Notes under the pieces: generated by a model | The model's input: only the letters and a program-made list of their open reading frames with translations | What the model was told of the DNA's origin: nothing | Database searches by the model: none | Assembly: GCF_041886205.1 (NCBI RefSeq) | Contig: NZ_CP169029.1 | Strand: one strand, 5' to 3' | Origin: Escherichia coli | GTDB lineage: Bacteria > Pseudomonadota > Gammaproteobacteria > Enterobacterales > Enterobacteriaceae | DNA length: 64,000 nt | Part shown: in pieces, positions 14,029 through 25,156 of the stretch | Numbering within the stretch: position 1 is the first letter of the stretch | Layout of the letters: every line of letters starts with the position of its first letter | Made by a program: the position numbers and the translations under genes

Positions 14029-15750
14029 ATGCGCGCTTTGCTACCCTATCTGGCACTGTATAAACGTCATAAATGGATGTTAAGTCTTGGTATTGTGCTG
14101 GCAATTGTGACGCTGCTCGCCAGTATCGGTCTGTTGACACTTTCCGGCTGGTTCCTCTCTGCCTCAGCGGTTGCGGGGGTTGCCGGACTGTACAGCTTCA
14201 ACTATATGCTACCCGCTGCGGGCGTGCGTGGTGCAGCAATCACCCGTACTGCCGGGCGTTATTTTGAACGTCTGGTAAGTCACGACGCGACTTTCCGCGT
14301 GTTGCAGCATCTGCGCATTTACACCTTCAGCAAATTGTTGCCCCTCTCCCCTGCCGGACTGGCGCGCTATCGTCAGGGCGAATTGCTCAATCGCGTGGTG
14401 GCGGATGTTGATACGCTCGATCATCTTTACCTGCGCGTTATCTCGCCGCTGGTGGGCGCTTTTGTGGTGATTATGGTGGTGACAATCGGGTTAAGTTTCC
14501 TTGATTTCACCCTCGCCTTTACGCTGGGCGTCATTATGTTACTGACGCTTTTCCTGATGCCACCGCTGTTTTATCGTGCGGGAAAAAGCACCGGGCAAAA
14601 TCTGACTCATCTTCGCGGACAGTATCGCCAACAACTGACGGCCTGGCTGCAAGGGCAAGCTGAGCTGACCATTTTTGGTGCCAGCGATCGTTATCGCACG
14701 CAACTAGAGAATACAGAAATTCAATGGCTGGAAGCGCAACGCCGTCAATCTGAACTGACCGCATTGTCGCAAGCGATAATGCTGCTCATTGGCGCGTTAG
14801 CGGTGATCCTGATGCTGTGGATGGCGTCTGGCGGCGTTGGCGGCAATGCTCAACCCGGCGCGTTAATTGCCCTGTTTGTCTTCTGCGCGTTAGCCTCGTT
14901 TGAAGCACTGGCACCAGTAACGGGTGCATTTCAGCATCTGGGGCAAGTCATTGCCTCTGCCGTTCGGATCACTGATTTAACGGATCAAAAACCGGAGGTC
15001 ACCTTCCCTGATACCCAAACTCGTGTTGCCGATCGCGTTTCGCTGACATTACGGGATGTTCAGTTCACTTATCCGGAGCAATCCCAACAGGCACTTAAAG
15101 GGATTTCTCTTCAGGTAAACGCCGGGGAACATATTGCGATTCTCGGGCGAACCGGATGCGGCAAATCAACACTGTTACAACTGCTGACCCGCGCTTGGGA
15201 CCCGCAACAGGGCGAGATTTTGCTTAACGATAGTCCCATAGCCAGCCTGAATGAAGCGGCTCTACGACAGACCATCAGCGTTGTTCCTCAGCGAGTGCAT
15301 CTGTTTAGCGCCACGCTGCGTGATAATCTGTTACTCGCCTCGCCTGGCAGTAGTGATGAGGCTCTGGCGGAGATCTTACGTCGCGTTGGTCTGGAGAAGC
15401 TGCTCGAGGATGCAGGTCTCAACAGTTGGTTAGGTGAAGGCGGACGCCAGCTCTCCGGTGGTGAACTGCGCCGTCTGGCTATCGCTCGTGCGCTGTTACA
15501 TGATGCGCCACTGGTGTTGCTGGATGAACCTACCGAAGGCTTAGATGCCACAACCGAAAGCCAGATCCTTGAATTGCTTGCAGAAATGATGCGTGAGAAA
15601 ACGGTGTTAATGGTCACCCATCGACTTCGCGGACTCTCTCGTTTCCAACAAATAATAGTGATGGACAACGGGCAAATTATTGAGCAAGGTACTCACGCAG
15701 AGCTGCTTGCCAGACAGGGGCGTTATTACCAGTTCAAGCAGGGTTTGTAA
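14029..15750 (+). CDS. cydC: Glutathione/cysteine ABC exporter subunit CydC
   Basis: 573-aa ABC half-transporter (GRTGCGKST, LSGGELRR). Its start immediately follows the cydD stop. Confidence 0.95.
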   Translation: MRALLPYLALYKRHKWMLSLGIVLAIVTLLASIGLLTLSGWFLSASAVAGVAGLYSFNYMLPAAGVRGAAITRTAGRYFERLVSHDATFRVLQHLRIYTFSKLLPLSPAGLARYRQGELLNRVVADVDTLDHLYLRVISPLVGAFVVIMVVTIGLSFLDFTLAFTLGVIMLLTLFLMPPLFYRAGKSTGQNLTHLRGQYRQQLTAWLQGQAELTIFGASDRYRTQLENTEIQWLEAQRRQSELTALSQAIMLLIGALAVILMLWMASGGVGGNAQPGALIALFVFCALASFEALAPVTGAFQHLGQVIASAVRITDLTDQKPEVTFPDTQTRVADRVSLTLRDVQFTYPEQSQQALKGISLQVNAGEHIAILGRTGCGKSTLLQLLTRAWDPQQGEILLNDSPIASLNEAALRQTISVVPQRVHLFSATLRDNLLLASPGSSDEALAEILRRVGLEKLLEDAGLNSWLGEGGRQLSGGELRRLAIARALLHDAPLVLLDEPTEGLDATTESQILELLAEMMREKTVLMVTHRLRGLSRFQQIIVMDNGQIIEQGTHAELLARQGRYYQFKQGL

Positions 15751-15791
15751 GCTATTATTGAACGATCCGACTTGCGTGGAGTTTTGCGGTC

Positions 15792-16496
15792 ATGCGCCTG
15801 GTTCAGCTTTCTCGCCATTCAATAGCCTTCCCTTCCCCGGAAGGCGCATTACGTGAGCCTAACGGCCTGCTGGCACTGGGGGGCGATCTTAGCCCTGCGC
15901 GCCTGTTAATGGCTTACCAGCGTGGTATTTTTCCGTGGTTTTCTCCAGGCGACCCCATCCTCTGGTGGTCGCCCGATCCTCGCGCGGTGCTTTGGCCTGA
16001 ATCACTGCATATCAGCCGTAGTATGAAGCGATTTCATAAACGCTCGCCCTATCGTGTCACGATGAATTACGCTTTTGGTCAGGTCATTGAAGGCTGTGCC
16101 AGCGATCGCGAAGAAGGAACCTGGATCACGCGTGGCGTGGTCGAAGCCTACCATCGCCTTCACGAACTCGGTCATGCCCACTCCATTGAAGTCTGGCGTG
16201 AAGATGAGCTTGTCGGCGGTATGTACGGCGTGGCCCAGGGAACGCTATTTTGTGGCGAGTCCATGTTCAGCCGGATGGAAAATGCGTCTAAAACGGCGCT
16301 TCTGGTATTCTGTGAGGAATTTATCGGTCATGGCGGTAAGCTTATCGACTGCCAGGTCCTTAACGATCACACAGCGTCGCTTGGTGCCTGCGAAATTCCC
16401 CGCCGGGATTACCTTAATTATCTCAATCAAATGCGCCTCGGACGATTGCCGAATAATTTCTGGGTACCACGATGCTTGTTTTCACCACAAGAATGA
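15792..16496 (+). CDS. aat: Leucyl/phenylalanyl-tRNA-protein transferase
   Basis: 234-aa ORF starting [34 protein letters not shown]; synteny cydC-aat-infA. Confidence 0.95.
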
Positions 16497-16777
16497 ATGT
16501 TTTCGGCACATTTCTCCCCAGAGTGTTATAATTGCGGTCGCAGAGTTGGTTACGCTCATTACCCCGCTGCCGATAAGGAATTTTTCGCGTCAGGTAACGC
16601 CCATCGTTTATCTCACCGCTCCCTTATACGTTGCGCTTTTGGTGCGGCTTAGCCGTGTGTTTTCGGAGTAATGTGCCGAACCTGTTTGTTGCGATTTAGC
16701 GCGCAAATCTTTACTTATTTACAGAACTTCGGCATTATCTTGCCGGTTCAAATTACGGTAGTGATACCCCAGAGGAT

Positions 16778-16999
<222 letters not shown>

Positions 17000-17180
17000 T
17001 TGTTTTACCGCCTGATGGGCGAAGAGAAAGAACGAGTAAAAGGTCGGTTTAGCCGGCCTTTTTATTTTGTGATATGTATGAAGTACTTTGGAAGTATAAG
17101 TCCATAACTTGTCTCGATGTAGATATACTGCACAAGTTGTTTACAGTATGAGCAAACAATAATTATCATTAAAATTCTTC

Positions 17181-17209
17181 TTGACCGTTTTACTCCAACT
17201 CCCTATAGT
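17181..17209 (+). promoter_or_regulatory. Sigma-70 promoter of serW (TTGACC-17 bp-TATAGT with GC-rich discriminator)
   Basis: TTGACC at 17181-17186, a 17-bp spacer, TATAGT at 17204-17209, then the gcgccccg discriminator typical of stringently controlled tRNA promoters. It lies ~44 bp upstream of the mature tRNA 5' end. Confidence 0.7.
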
Positions 17210-17252
17210 AGCGCCCCGTTGCCACCCATGAGGTTTGGCAGCAAAACAATTT

Positions 17253-17340
17253 GGTGAGGTGTCCGAGTGGCTGAAGGAGCACGCCTGGAAAGTGTGTATA
17301 CGGCAACGTATCCGGGGTTCGAATCCCCGCCTCACCGCCA
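17253..17340 (+). tRNA. serW: tRNA-Ser (anticodon GGA), long variable arm, encoded CCA
   Basis: ggtgaggtgtccgagtggctgaaggagcacgcctGGAaagtgtg...ggttcgaatccccgcctcaccgcca. The acceptor stem pairs (ggtgagg/cctcacc), the T-loop GGTTCGAATCC is present, and the anticodon loop is ctGGAaa. Confidence 0.95.
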
Positions 17341-17351
17341 TATTTAAAGAA

Positions 17352-17381
17352 GAGCTCGTACGAAAGTACGAGCTTTTTTTT
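17352..17381 (+). terminator. Rho-independent terminator after serW
   Basis: gagctcgtac-gaaa-gtacgagct hairpin followed by ttttttttc. Confidence 0.85.
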
Positions 17382-17383
17382 CG

Positions 17384-17531
17384 CATTTTATCTGCCTGTA
17401 CGGCAGTGAACATGGTGGGCGGGTGGAGTATGTTACCAGTGAATTTCTAAGCTGCCTGTACGGCAGTGAACGCCAACTTTCACAGCCTTTGCAAGATTGT
17501 TCCTTTCTAAGCTGCCTGTACGGCAGTGAAC
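17384..17531 (-). CRISPR. Orphan type I-F CRISPR mini-array: 3 repeats (28 bp), 2 spacers (32 bp each)
   Basis: Minus-strand repeat GTTCACTGCCGTACAGGCAGCTTAGAAA is perfect at 17504-17531 and 17444-17471. The copy at 17384-17411 keeps the first 20 nt and diverges in the last 8, as a terminal repeat does. Spacers are 17472-17503 and 17412-17443. No cas genes occur anywhere in the window. Confidence 0.9.
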
Positions 17532-17682
17532 TCAAATACTACACGTTTAGCCCGTTGTTAATAAAGCAAAACCATCTCATTTTCCTGCTGTCACCCTTTT
17601 TTATCCTTACCTTCCAGCAGCACTAATTATCAACAACTTACCTTCACCTCCAAAAATAGGGTTTTCACCGTTCCACCCCATA

Positions 17683-17720
17683 AATAAAAAGTCCGCAACC
17701 TCTTTCGAGATTACGGACTT
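17683..17720 (-). terminator. Rho-independent terminator after clpA
   Basis: On the minus strand: aagtccg...cggactt hairpin followed by tttatttat, ~25 bp downstream of the clpA stop. Confidence 0.7.
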
Positions 17721-17743
17721 GACCAACCTACCTAACAATCAGA

Positions 17744-20020
17744 TTAATGCGCTGCTTCCGCCTTGTGCTTTTGTGCACTCTGGAATCCGTAAGTCAGCTC
17801 ATTTTTCTCTTTATCCAGCGCGACGGTGACCTGACCGCCGTCCACCAGCGAACCAAACAGCAGTTCGTTGGCGAGCGGTTTTTTCAGGTTGTCCTGGATG
17901 ACACGCGCCATCGGACGTGCGCCCATTGCCCGGTCGTAACCTTTCTCGGCCAGCCAGTTACGCGCTTCCTGGCTCACTTCCAGAGAAACACCTTTCTGAT
18001 CCAGCTGAACCTGCAACTCGACGATGAATTTATCCACCACCTGATGAATCACGTCGGTTGACAAATGATCAAACCAGATAATGTTGTCGAGACGGTTACG
18101 GAATTCCGGTGTAAAGATCTTCTTGATCTCTTCCATCGCATCGGTGCTGTTATCCTGGTGGATAAGACCAATGGATTTGCGCTCAGTTTCCCGTACCCCG
18201 GCGTTGGTGGTCATCACCAGCACCACGTTACGGAAGTCCGCTTTGCGTCCGTTGTTATCGGTCAGCGTACCGTTGTCCATCACCTGCAACAGAATATTGA
18301 ACACGTCCGGATGCGCTTTCTCGATTTCGTCCAGCAGCAGCACCGCATGTGGATGCTTGATTACCGCATCGGTCAGCAAACCGCCCTGATCAAAACCAAC
18401 GTATCCCGGAGGCGCACCAATCAGACGGCTGACGGTATGGCGTTCCATATACTCGGACATATCAAAGCGCAGAAGCTCAATGCCCAACGCTTTCGAAAGC
18501 TGTACCGTCACCTCTGTTTTCCCGACCCCGGTAGGACCGGCAAACAGGAACGAACCGACCGGTTTATGTTCGTGACCTAAACCTGCACGCGCCATCTTAA
18601 TGGCTTCAGTCAGCGCCTCAATGGCTTTATCCTGACCGAAGACCAGCATTTTCAGGCGATCGCCGAGGTTTTTCAGGGTATCGCGGTCACTCTGAGAAAC
18701 ACTCTTCTCTGGAATGCGTGCAATACGGGCCACCACGGACTCAATATCCGCCACATTTACGGTTTTCTTGCGTTTGCTTACCGGCATCAGGCGTGCGCGA
18801 GCGCCCGCTTCGTCGATAACATCAATCGCTTTATCCGGCAGATGACGATCGTTAATGTATTTCACCGCCAGCTCTACCGCCGCACGCACCGCTTTTGCGG
18901 TATAACGCACGTCGTGGTGCGCTTCATACTTCGGTTTCAGGCCATTGATGATTTGAACAGTTTCTTCGATCGACGGTTCAGTAATATCAATTTTCTGGAA
19001 GCGACGCGCCAGAGCACGGTCTTTCTCGAAAATGTTGCTGAACTCCTGATAGGTTGTCGAACCAATTACGCGAATTTTACCGCTGGAGAGCAACGGTTTG
19101 ATCAGGTTAGCCGCATCGACCTGACCACCAGACGCTGCACCCGCACCGATAATGGTGTGGATCTCATCAATAAACAGGATGCTGTTAGTGTCCTGCTCCA
19201 GCTGCTTGAGCAACGCTTTAAAACGTTTTTCAAAGTCGCCGCGATATTTTGTGCCCGCTAACAGAGAACCGATATCGAGAGAATAAATCGTACAGTCAGC
19301 CATCACTTCCGGCACATCACCCTGAACAATTCGCCAGGCAAGACCTTCTGCAATCGCGGTTTTACCGACACCAGACTCCCCCACCAGCAGCGGGTTGTTT
19401 TTACGGCGACGGCAGAGAACCTGAATAGCACGCTCCAGCTCTTTCTCACGACCAATCAGTGGGTCGATTCCGCCCACACGCGCAAGCTGGTTCAGGTTCG
19501 TCGTGAAATTCTCCATACGTTCCTCCCCACCAGCTTGTTCTTCGCTGTTTGGCTGGCTGCCAGGATCAGAAGACTGTGTCGGCTCGTCTTTACGCGTGCC
19601 ATGAGAGATAAAGTTCACCACATCGAGACGGCTGACTTCATGTTTACGCAACAGATATGCCGCCTGCGACTCCTGTTCGCTAAAGATAGCGACCAGAACG
19701 TTTGCACCGGTAACCTCATTGCGACCGGAGGACTGGACATGGAAGACCGCACGTTGCAGTACACGCTGAAAACTCAGCGTCGGCTGTGTATCGCGCTCCT
19801 CTTCACTGGCAGGCAGAACGGGTGTGGTTTGTTCAATAAAGGCTTCCAGTTCCTGACGGAGCGCAACCAAATCCACAGAACACGCTTCCAGCGCCTCCCG
19901 GGCAGATGGGTTACTGAGCAGCGCCAGTAACAAGTGCTCGACGGTCATAAACTCATGACGGTGCTCGCGCGCTCTGGCGAAAGCCATATTTAAACTGAGT
20001 TCCAGTTCTTGATTGAGCAT
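17744..20020 (-). CDS. clpA: ATP-dependent Clp protease ATPase/unfoldase subunit ClpA
   Basis: The known N-terminus [24 protein letters not shown] starts at 20020 (758 aa); the ORF track adds 5 upstream codons. Two AAA+ modules are present ([16 protein letters not shown]). Confidence 0.97.
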   Translation of the reverse strand: MLNQELELSLNMAFARAREHRHEFMTVEHLLLALLSNPSAREALEACSVDLVALRQELEAFIEQTTPVLPASEEERDTQPTLSFQRVLQRAVFHVQSSGRNEVTGANVLVAIFSEQESQAAYLLRKHEVSRLDVVNFISHGTRKDEPTQSSDPGSQPNSEEQAGGEERMENFTTNLNQLARVGGIDPLIGREKELERAIQVLCRRRKNNPLLVGESGVGKTAIAEGLAWRIVQGDVPEVMADCTIYSLDIGSLLAGTKYRGDFEKRFKALLKQLEQDTNSILFIDEIHTIIGAGAASGGQVDAANLIKPLLSSGKIRVIGSTTYQEFSNIFEKDRALARRFQKIDITEPSIEETVQIINGLKPKYEAHHDVRYTAKAVRAAVELAVKYINDRHLPDKAIDVIDEAGARARLMPVSKRKKTVNVADIESVVARIARIPEKSVSQSDRDTLKNLGDRLKMLVFGQDKAIEALTEAIKMARAGLGHEHKPVGSFLFAGPTGVGKTEVTVQLSKALGIELLRFDMSEYMERHTVSRLIGAPPGYVGFDQGGLLTDAVIKHPHAVLLLDEIEKAHPDVFNILLQVMDNGTLTDNNGRKADFRNVVLVMTTNAGVRETERKSIGLIHQDNSTDAMEEIKKIFTPEFRNRLDNIIWFDHLSTDVIHQVVDKFIVELQVQLDQKGVSLEVSQEARNWLAEKGYDRAMGARPMARVIQDNLKKPLANELLFGSLVDGGQVTVALDKEKNELTYGFQSAQKHKAEAAH

Positions 20021-20050
20021 AGGCACCTCCCCCAATTTTTATGCCTGCAT

Positions 20051-20371
20051 TCAGGCTTTTTCTAGCGTACACAGCAATGGATGCTCATTCTCCCTCGCGT
20101 ACTTGTTCACCATCGCCACTTTGGTTTCTGCAACCTCGGCGGTAAAGACTCCGCAAATGGCCTTCCCCTGGTAGTGAACAGCGAGCATCAATTGCGTTGC
20201 ACGTTCTACATCATAAGAAAAGAATTTTTGTAACACGTCAATAACAAACTCCATCGGAGTGTAATCATCATTGACTAATATCACTTTATACATAGATGGC
20301 GGTTTTAGCGCGTCGCGAACTTTTTCTTCCGCCAGTTGATCAAAGTCCAGCCAGTCGTTCGTTTTACCCAT
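20051..20371 (-). CDS. clpS: ClpA adaptor / N-degron recognin ClpS
   Basis: 106 aa starting [43 protein letters not shown], directly upstream of clpA. Confidence 0.96.
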
Positions 20372-20693
20372 TGTCAGTTATCATCTTCGGTTACGGTTAT
20401 CGGCAGAACGCCCTGCCGCTGACAAGAGCTTATTTGCCTGACCAATCTACTCCATATGATAGATAACTATCATCTATCGTTGGCATCAGCGACATCTGTC
20501 ACATTCCTGTCAATAGCGTTAACTGCTTCAAATTTTTGATTCATACCTGCCCCCTGGCCCCTGTCAAATGCTTGACGGCTCGCCCTAATTCTCTAAATTG
20601 TATTTCTAGAGTTGGCGAGGTTTTGAACAGCCCCCTCTCTGACCCCGGTTTATTCCATCTTACTTGTATAAGATTTGCGAAGGATGTCGAAGC

Positions 20694-20918
20694 ATGGAAA
20701 AGGGTACTGTTAAGTGGTTCAACAATGCCAAAGGGTTTGGTTTCATCTGCCCTGAAGGCGGCGGCGAAGATATTTTCGCTCATTATTCCACCATTCAGAT
20801 GGATGGTTACAGAACGCTAAAAGCTGGACAATCGGTTCAGTTTGATGTCCACCAGGGGCCAAAAGGCAATCACGCCAGTGTTATTGTGCCCGTCGAAGTA
20901 GAAGCGGCAGTCGCATAG
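20694..20918 (+). CDS. cspD: Stationary-phase cold-shock-domain protein CspD
   Basis: The known N-terminus MEKGTVKWFNNAKGFGFICPEGGGEDIFAHYS starts at the ATG at 20694 (74 aa). The ORF-track start at 20664 is an extension. Confidence 0.95.
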   Translation: MEKGTVKWFNNAKGFGFICPEGGGEDIFAHYSTIQMDGYRTLKAGQSVQFDVHQGPKGNHASVIVPVEVEAAVA

Positions 20919-20950
20919 CTCTTCTGTCTCATTGTGTACATCCTAAAGGC

Positions 20951-20980
20951 AAAATGCCAGCCCGATCGGCTGGCATTTTT
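20951..20980. terminator. Bidirectional hairpin terminator between convergent cspD and macB
   Basis: aaaatgccagcc-cgatc-ggctggcatttt: a 9-bp stem flanked by an A-run and a T-run, so it suits termination from both directions. Confidence 0.8.
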
Positions 20981-20990
20981 ATCTCAAAAA

Positions 20991-22937
20991 TTACTCTCGT
21001 GCCAGAGCATCTACTGGATCCAGTCGTGCCGCATTTCGTGCGGGTAACCAGCCAAATAAAATCCCGGTGACCGTCGAGCAGAGAAACGCCAGCAGCAGCG
21101 CCAACGGTGAAAAACCAATCTCCCAGCCGGGTAAGAAAAGCTGTAAGGTGAAAGCAATTAACAGTGACAGTGTTATTCCCAACGCGCCACCGACCAGACA
21201 AACCAGTACGGCTTCGATCAGGAACTGTTGCAAAACATCGCTTGCTCGCGCACCTACAGCCATGCGAATGCCAATTTCCCGCGTCCGCTCGGTCACTGAC
21301 ACCAGCATAATATTCATTACACCAATACCGCCCACCACCAGCGAAATCACCGCCACCAGCGTCAGAAACAGTTGTAAAGTACGTGTGGTCTTTTCAACAG
21401 TTTTCAAGACGCCGTCCATGTTCCAGGTAAAGAAATCCTTCTTACCGTGGCGCAGTGAAAGTAAACGCGTGAGTTGCTGTTCCGCCTCGGCGCTGTCAAA
21501 TCCTTCTTTTACCCTGACAGTAATGGAGTTAAGCCACGACTGGCCCATAACTCGCCCGGACATCGTGCTGTAAGGTAGCCAGACACGCAGCACTTTACTG
21601 CTACCAAACATCGACTGTTTTTCTTCCGCCACACCAATGACTCTGGCGGGCATATTGCCGACCAGAATCACCTCGCCAACCACATCGGCTTTATGGGGGA
21701 AAAGCTGGCGGCGAGTATTACTGTCGAGAACCACGACCTGCGCACGACCGTTCAGCTGTTCCTGATTAAAGGTGTTTCCTTCACTGAAGGTCATGCCATA
21801 GACATTAAAATAATCGCCGCTCACGCCATTGGCACTGGCAGCAACATCAACATTGTTATAACGCAGGCGCAGGTTTTGCGAGACGGCAGGTGTGGCTGAA
21901 GCGACCCACGGTTGTTTTTGGATGGCGATTAAGTCGTCGTACTTCAGCGCCTGCTGATATTGCGGATCGTCATCGCCAAAATCTTTCCCGGGATAGACAT
22001 CAATAGTATTCGTACCAATAGAACGAATATCCGCCAGCACCATTTGTTTGGCGGCGTCGCCCACCACGACAATGGAAACCACCGACGCAATACCGATTAT
22101 AATCCCCAGCATGGTCAGTAAAGTACGCATTTTATTCGCTGCCAGCGCCCGCCATGCCATCGTCAGCGCCTCGTTAAAACCGCTGACAAACTGCCGCCAG
22201 CCAGACACCGTGTTGACAACAAGCTCTGTCCCGCCAGCAACATTCACTTTTTCAATGGCGGGAGGATTGCGCACAATTTCGCCGTCGCGAATTTCGATCA
22301 CCCGCTCGGCCTGAGCAGCAACCTGCGGATCGTGGGTGACGATAATCACCGTATGCCCGCGATCGCGCAGCTGATGCAGGATCGCCATCACCTCTTCGCC
22401 AGAATGGCTGTCCAGTGCGCCGGTTGGTTCATCGGCAAGAATTACCTGACCGCCGTTCATCAATGCCCGCGCGATGCTGACGCGCTGTTGCTGACCACCC
22501 GAAAGCTGTGCCGGATAATACTCTGTACGGTCTTCCAGCCCCAGTCGTTGCAGTAACTCCTGGGCGCGAAGCAGCCGCTGTTTCCGCTCAAGACCGGCAT
22601 AGACGGCGGGTACTTCAACGTTCTGCTCGGCGGTTAAATGCGAAAGCAAATGGTAACGCTGGAAAATAAAGCCGAAATGCTCGCGGCGCAGTTGCGCCAG
22701 CGCATCGGCGTCCAGTGTGGCAACATCCTGACCGGCGACGCGATAGGTGCCGCTGGTGGCCTTATCCAGACAGCCGAGAATATTCATCAGGGTCGATTTA
22801 CCGGAACCCGAAGCGCCAACAATCGCTACCATCTCACCGGCATAAATATCGAGGCTGATGCCCTTCAGCACCTCAACCTGCTCATCACCGGCAGGATAGC
22901 TGCGACGAATATCCTTTAATTCGAGCAAAGGCGTCAT
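20991..22937 (-). CDS. macB: Macrolide/peptide ABC exporter MacB (N-terminal NBD plus FtsX-type permease)
   Basis: 648 aa with GASGSGKST Walker A and a C-terminal four-TM MacB/FtsX domain. It overlaps the macA stop by 4 bp. Confidence 0.96.
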   Translation of the reverse strand: MTPLLELKDIRRSYPAGDEQVEVLKGISLDIYAGEMVAIVGASGSGKSTLMNILGCLDKATSGTYRVAGQDVATLDADALAQLRREHFGFIFQRYHLLSHLTAEQNVEVPAVYAGLERKQRLLRAQELLQRLGLEDRTEYYPAQLSGGQQQRVSIARALMNGGQVILADEPTGALDSHSGEEVMAILHQLRDRGHTVIIVTHDPQVAAQAERVIEIRDGEIVRNPPAIEKVNVAGGTELVVNTVSGWRQFVSGFNEALTMAWRALAANKMRTLLTMLGIIIGIASVVSIVVVGDAAKQMVLADIRSIGTNTIDVYPGKDFGDDDPQYQQALKYDDLIAIQKQPWVASATPAVSQNLRLRYNNVDVAASANGVSGDYFNVYGMTFSEGNTFNQEQLNGRAQVVVLDSNTRRQLFPHKADVVGEVILVGNMPARVIGVAEEKQSMFGSSKVLRVWLPYSTMSGRVMGQSWLNSITVRVKEGFDSAEAEQQLTRLLSLRHGKKDFFTWNMDGVLKTVEKTTRTLQLFLTLVAVISLVVGGIGVMNIMLVSVTERTREIGIRMAVGARASDVLQQFLIEAVLVCLVGGALGITLSLLIAFTLQLFLPGWEIGFSPLALLLAFLCSTVTGILFGWLPARNAARLDPVDALARE

Positions 22938-24049
22938 TGTGCAGCTCCTGGTTTGGCCTCACCAATCACCACTTCATCGCCCGCTTCCAGCCCTTTGACA
23001 ATCTCAACATCGGTATCGTTACGTGCGCCAATCGTCACTTCACGCTCGCGTGTTTCACCATTACGTAACAATTTGACTTTATAACGATTATCGCCAACCG
23101 GATCGCCTAACGCCGACAGAGGGATCGTCAGCACATTTTTCACATCGGTGAGCTGAATATGCACTTGCGCAGTCATATCCAGCCGCAGCAAACCATTGGG
23201 GTTGGGGACTTCAAAACGGGCGTAATAGAAAATAGCGTCGTTAACCTTTTCCGGCGTCGGTAGTACATCCTTGATTTGCCCCTCGTAGCGCGTCAGTGGA
23301 TCGCCAAGTACCGTAAACCAGGCTTTTTGCCCTGGCTTCAGGTGGATTACATCCGCTTCAGAAACCTGCGCTTTTACCAGCATGGTGCTCATATCTGCCA
23401 GCGTCAGAATGTTCGGTGCTTGTTGTGCGGCAATCACCGTCTGGCCTTGCAGAGTGGTGATTTGCGTGACTTCCCCGGCTATCGGGGCAACGATGCGAGT
23501 GTAATCGAGATTGGTTTTAGCCGTATCGAGAGAAGCCTGATTGCGCTTGATTTGCGCGTCAATGGTGCCAATTTGCGCCTGTTTCACAGCCATCTCCGTC
23601 GCGGCGGTGTCGAGATCCTGCTGTGAAACCGCCTGCGTTTGTGCCAGACGTTGCTGACGGGAATACGTCACCCGCGCCAGTTTCAGCTCCGCTTCCGCCT
23701 GCTGCCGCTGCGCGCGTAGCTCCATCAGCGTTGCTTCGACCTCCTTGATCTGGTTTTCAGCCTGTTCAGGATCAATGACCCCTAAAAGCTGGTCTTTTTT
23801 TACTTTATCGCCAATCGCCACCGACAGCGTTTTCAACTGACCGCTGACCTGCGCGCCCACGTCAACCTTACGCAGCGCGTCCAGCTTTCCGGTCGCCAGC
23901 ACGCTTTGCTGTAAATCACCGGGGCGCACAATCAGTGTCTGATAAGTCGGCACGGGTGCGTTAAGAATTCTCCATAACGTAATCAGTCCGGCGATGACTA
24001 TCACCAGCGCAATAACGTAACGCTTCTTCACGGTTTTCCGCTTTTTCAT
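22934..24049 (-). CDS. macA: Membrane fusion protein MacA
   Basis: The known start [26 protein letters not shown] is at 24049 (371 aa); the ORF track adds 9 codons. HlyD-family coiled-coil hairpin. Confidence 0.94.
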   Translation of the reverse strand: MKKRKTVKKRYVIALVIVIAGLITLWRILNAPVPTYQTLIVRPGDLQQSVLATGKLDALRKVDVGAQVSGQLKTLSVAIGDKVKKDQLLGVIDPEQAENQIKEVEATLMELRAQRQQAEAELKLARVTYSRQQRLAQTQAVSQQDLDTAATEMAVKQAQIGTIDAQIKRNQASLDTAKTNLDYTRIVAPIAGEVTQITTLQGQTVIAAQQAPNILTLADMSTMLVKAQVSEADVIHLKPGQKAWFTVLGDPLTRYEGQIKDVLPTPEKVNDAIFYYARFEVPNPNGLLRLDMTAQVHIQLTDVKNVLTIPLSALGDPVGDNRYKVKLLRNGETREREVTIGARNDTDVEIVKGLEAGDEVVIGEAKPGAAQ

Positions 24050-24163
24050 AAATATTCTGAATACTCCATATGCCAATCCGGGTCATTAACTTCAACGAAA
24101 TATCAACAAACCCCTAAAATTTACGTTAGTAATCACACTATTGATGTTTGGTTAAGATACGCA

Positions 24164-25156
24164 ATGGTGAAATCGACGTCATGTATAACCATTGATTTCA
24201 TGAATATGTCGCAGCTAACTGAACGGACCTTTACGCCATCTGAATCTCTCAGCAGCCTGTCACTTTTTCTTAGTCTGGCACGTGGACAGTGTCGGCCGGG
24301 TAAATTCTGGCATCGCCGTAGTTTTCGCCAGAAATTTTTGCTGCGCTCGTTGATTATGCCGCGTTTAAGCGTTGAGTGGATGAACGAACTTTCCCACTGG
24401 CCTAATCTCAATGTATTGTTAACGCGCCAGCCGCGACTGCCTGTGCGTCTGCATCGCCCTTACCTTGCGGCGAATCTTAGCCGTAAGCAATTGCTGGAGG
24501 CGTTACGTTACCATTATGCGTTACTCCGCGGATGTATGTCGGCGGAAGAATTCAGCTTATATTTGAATACCCCCGGGCTGCAACTGGCGAAGCTGGAAGG
24601 CAAAAACGGCGAGCAGTTCACGCTTGAGCTGACCATGATGATCTCAATGGATAAAGAAGGTGACAGCACAATCTTGTTCCGCAACAGCGAAGGTATTCCT
24701 CTGGCAGAGATCACGTTTACCCTGTGTGAATATCAGGGGAAAAGAACGATGTTTATTGGCGGACTGCAAGGCGCAAAATGGGAAATTCCACATCAGGAAA
24801 TCCAGAATGCGACGAAAGCCTGCCACGGGCTATTTCCCAAACGCCTCGTGATGGAAGCGGCCTGTCTGTTTGCCCAACGTTTGCAGGTAGAGCAGATTAT
24901 TGCCGTCAGCAATGAAACGCATATTTACCGCAGCCTGCGTTATCGCGATAAAGAAGGCAAGATCCACGCTGATTACAACGCTTTCTGGGAATCGGTTGGC
25001 GGCGTATGTGATGCTGAACGCCATTACCGCCTTCCAGCACAGATAGCACGAAAAGAGATTGCCGAAATCGCCAGTAAAAAACGGGCTGAATACCGTCGGC
25101 GCTATGAGATGCTCGACGCTATTCAGCCACAAATGGCCACGATGTTTCGCGGTTAA
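24164..25156 (+). CDS. ybjX: VirK/YbjX family (DUF535) protein
   Basis: 330-aa ORF in the syntenic position between macA and ybjD. The sequence matches my memory of YbjX. The start codon is not independently verified. Confidence 0.85.
   Translation: MVKSTSCITIDFMNMSQLTERTFTPSESLSSLSLFLSLARGQCRPGKFWHRRSFRQKFLLRSLIMPRLSVEWMNELSHWPNLNVLLTRQPRLPVRLHRPYLAANLSRKQLLEALRYHYALLRGCMSAEEFSLYLNTPGLQLAKLEGKNGEQFTLELTMMISMDKEGDSTILFRNSEGIPLAEITFTLCEYQGKRTMFIGGLQGAKWEIPHQEIQNATKACHGLFPKRLVMEAACLFAQRLQVEQIIAVSNETHIYRSLRYRDKEGKIHADYNAFWESVGGVCDAERHYRLPAQIARKEIAEIASKKRAEYRRRYEMLDAIQPQMATMFRG

Noticed and set aside
16075-16671. 198-aa + strand ORF overlapping aat in another frame and extending toward infA
   Set aside because: An out-of-frame overlap with the recognisable aat ORF. 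The downstream part covers the known infA promoter region, with no RBS.
17141-17626. Four 63-90-aa ORFs overlapping serW and the CRISPR array
   Set aside because: They run through a tRNA gene, its terminator and CRISPR repeats (the repeated LPYRQL / SCLYGSE peptides are simply translated repeats). They are not coding.
17000-17743. Looked for a prophage or island integrated at serW, or cas genes next to the CRISPR repeats
   Set aside because: I saw no integrase, no duplicated tRNA 3' end and no cas ORFs. The whole infA-clpA interval is only ~750 bp and is fully accounted for by the promoter, tRNA, terminator, array and clpA terminator.
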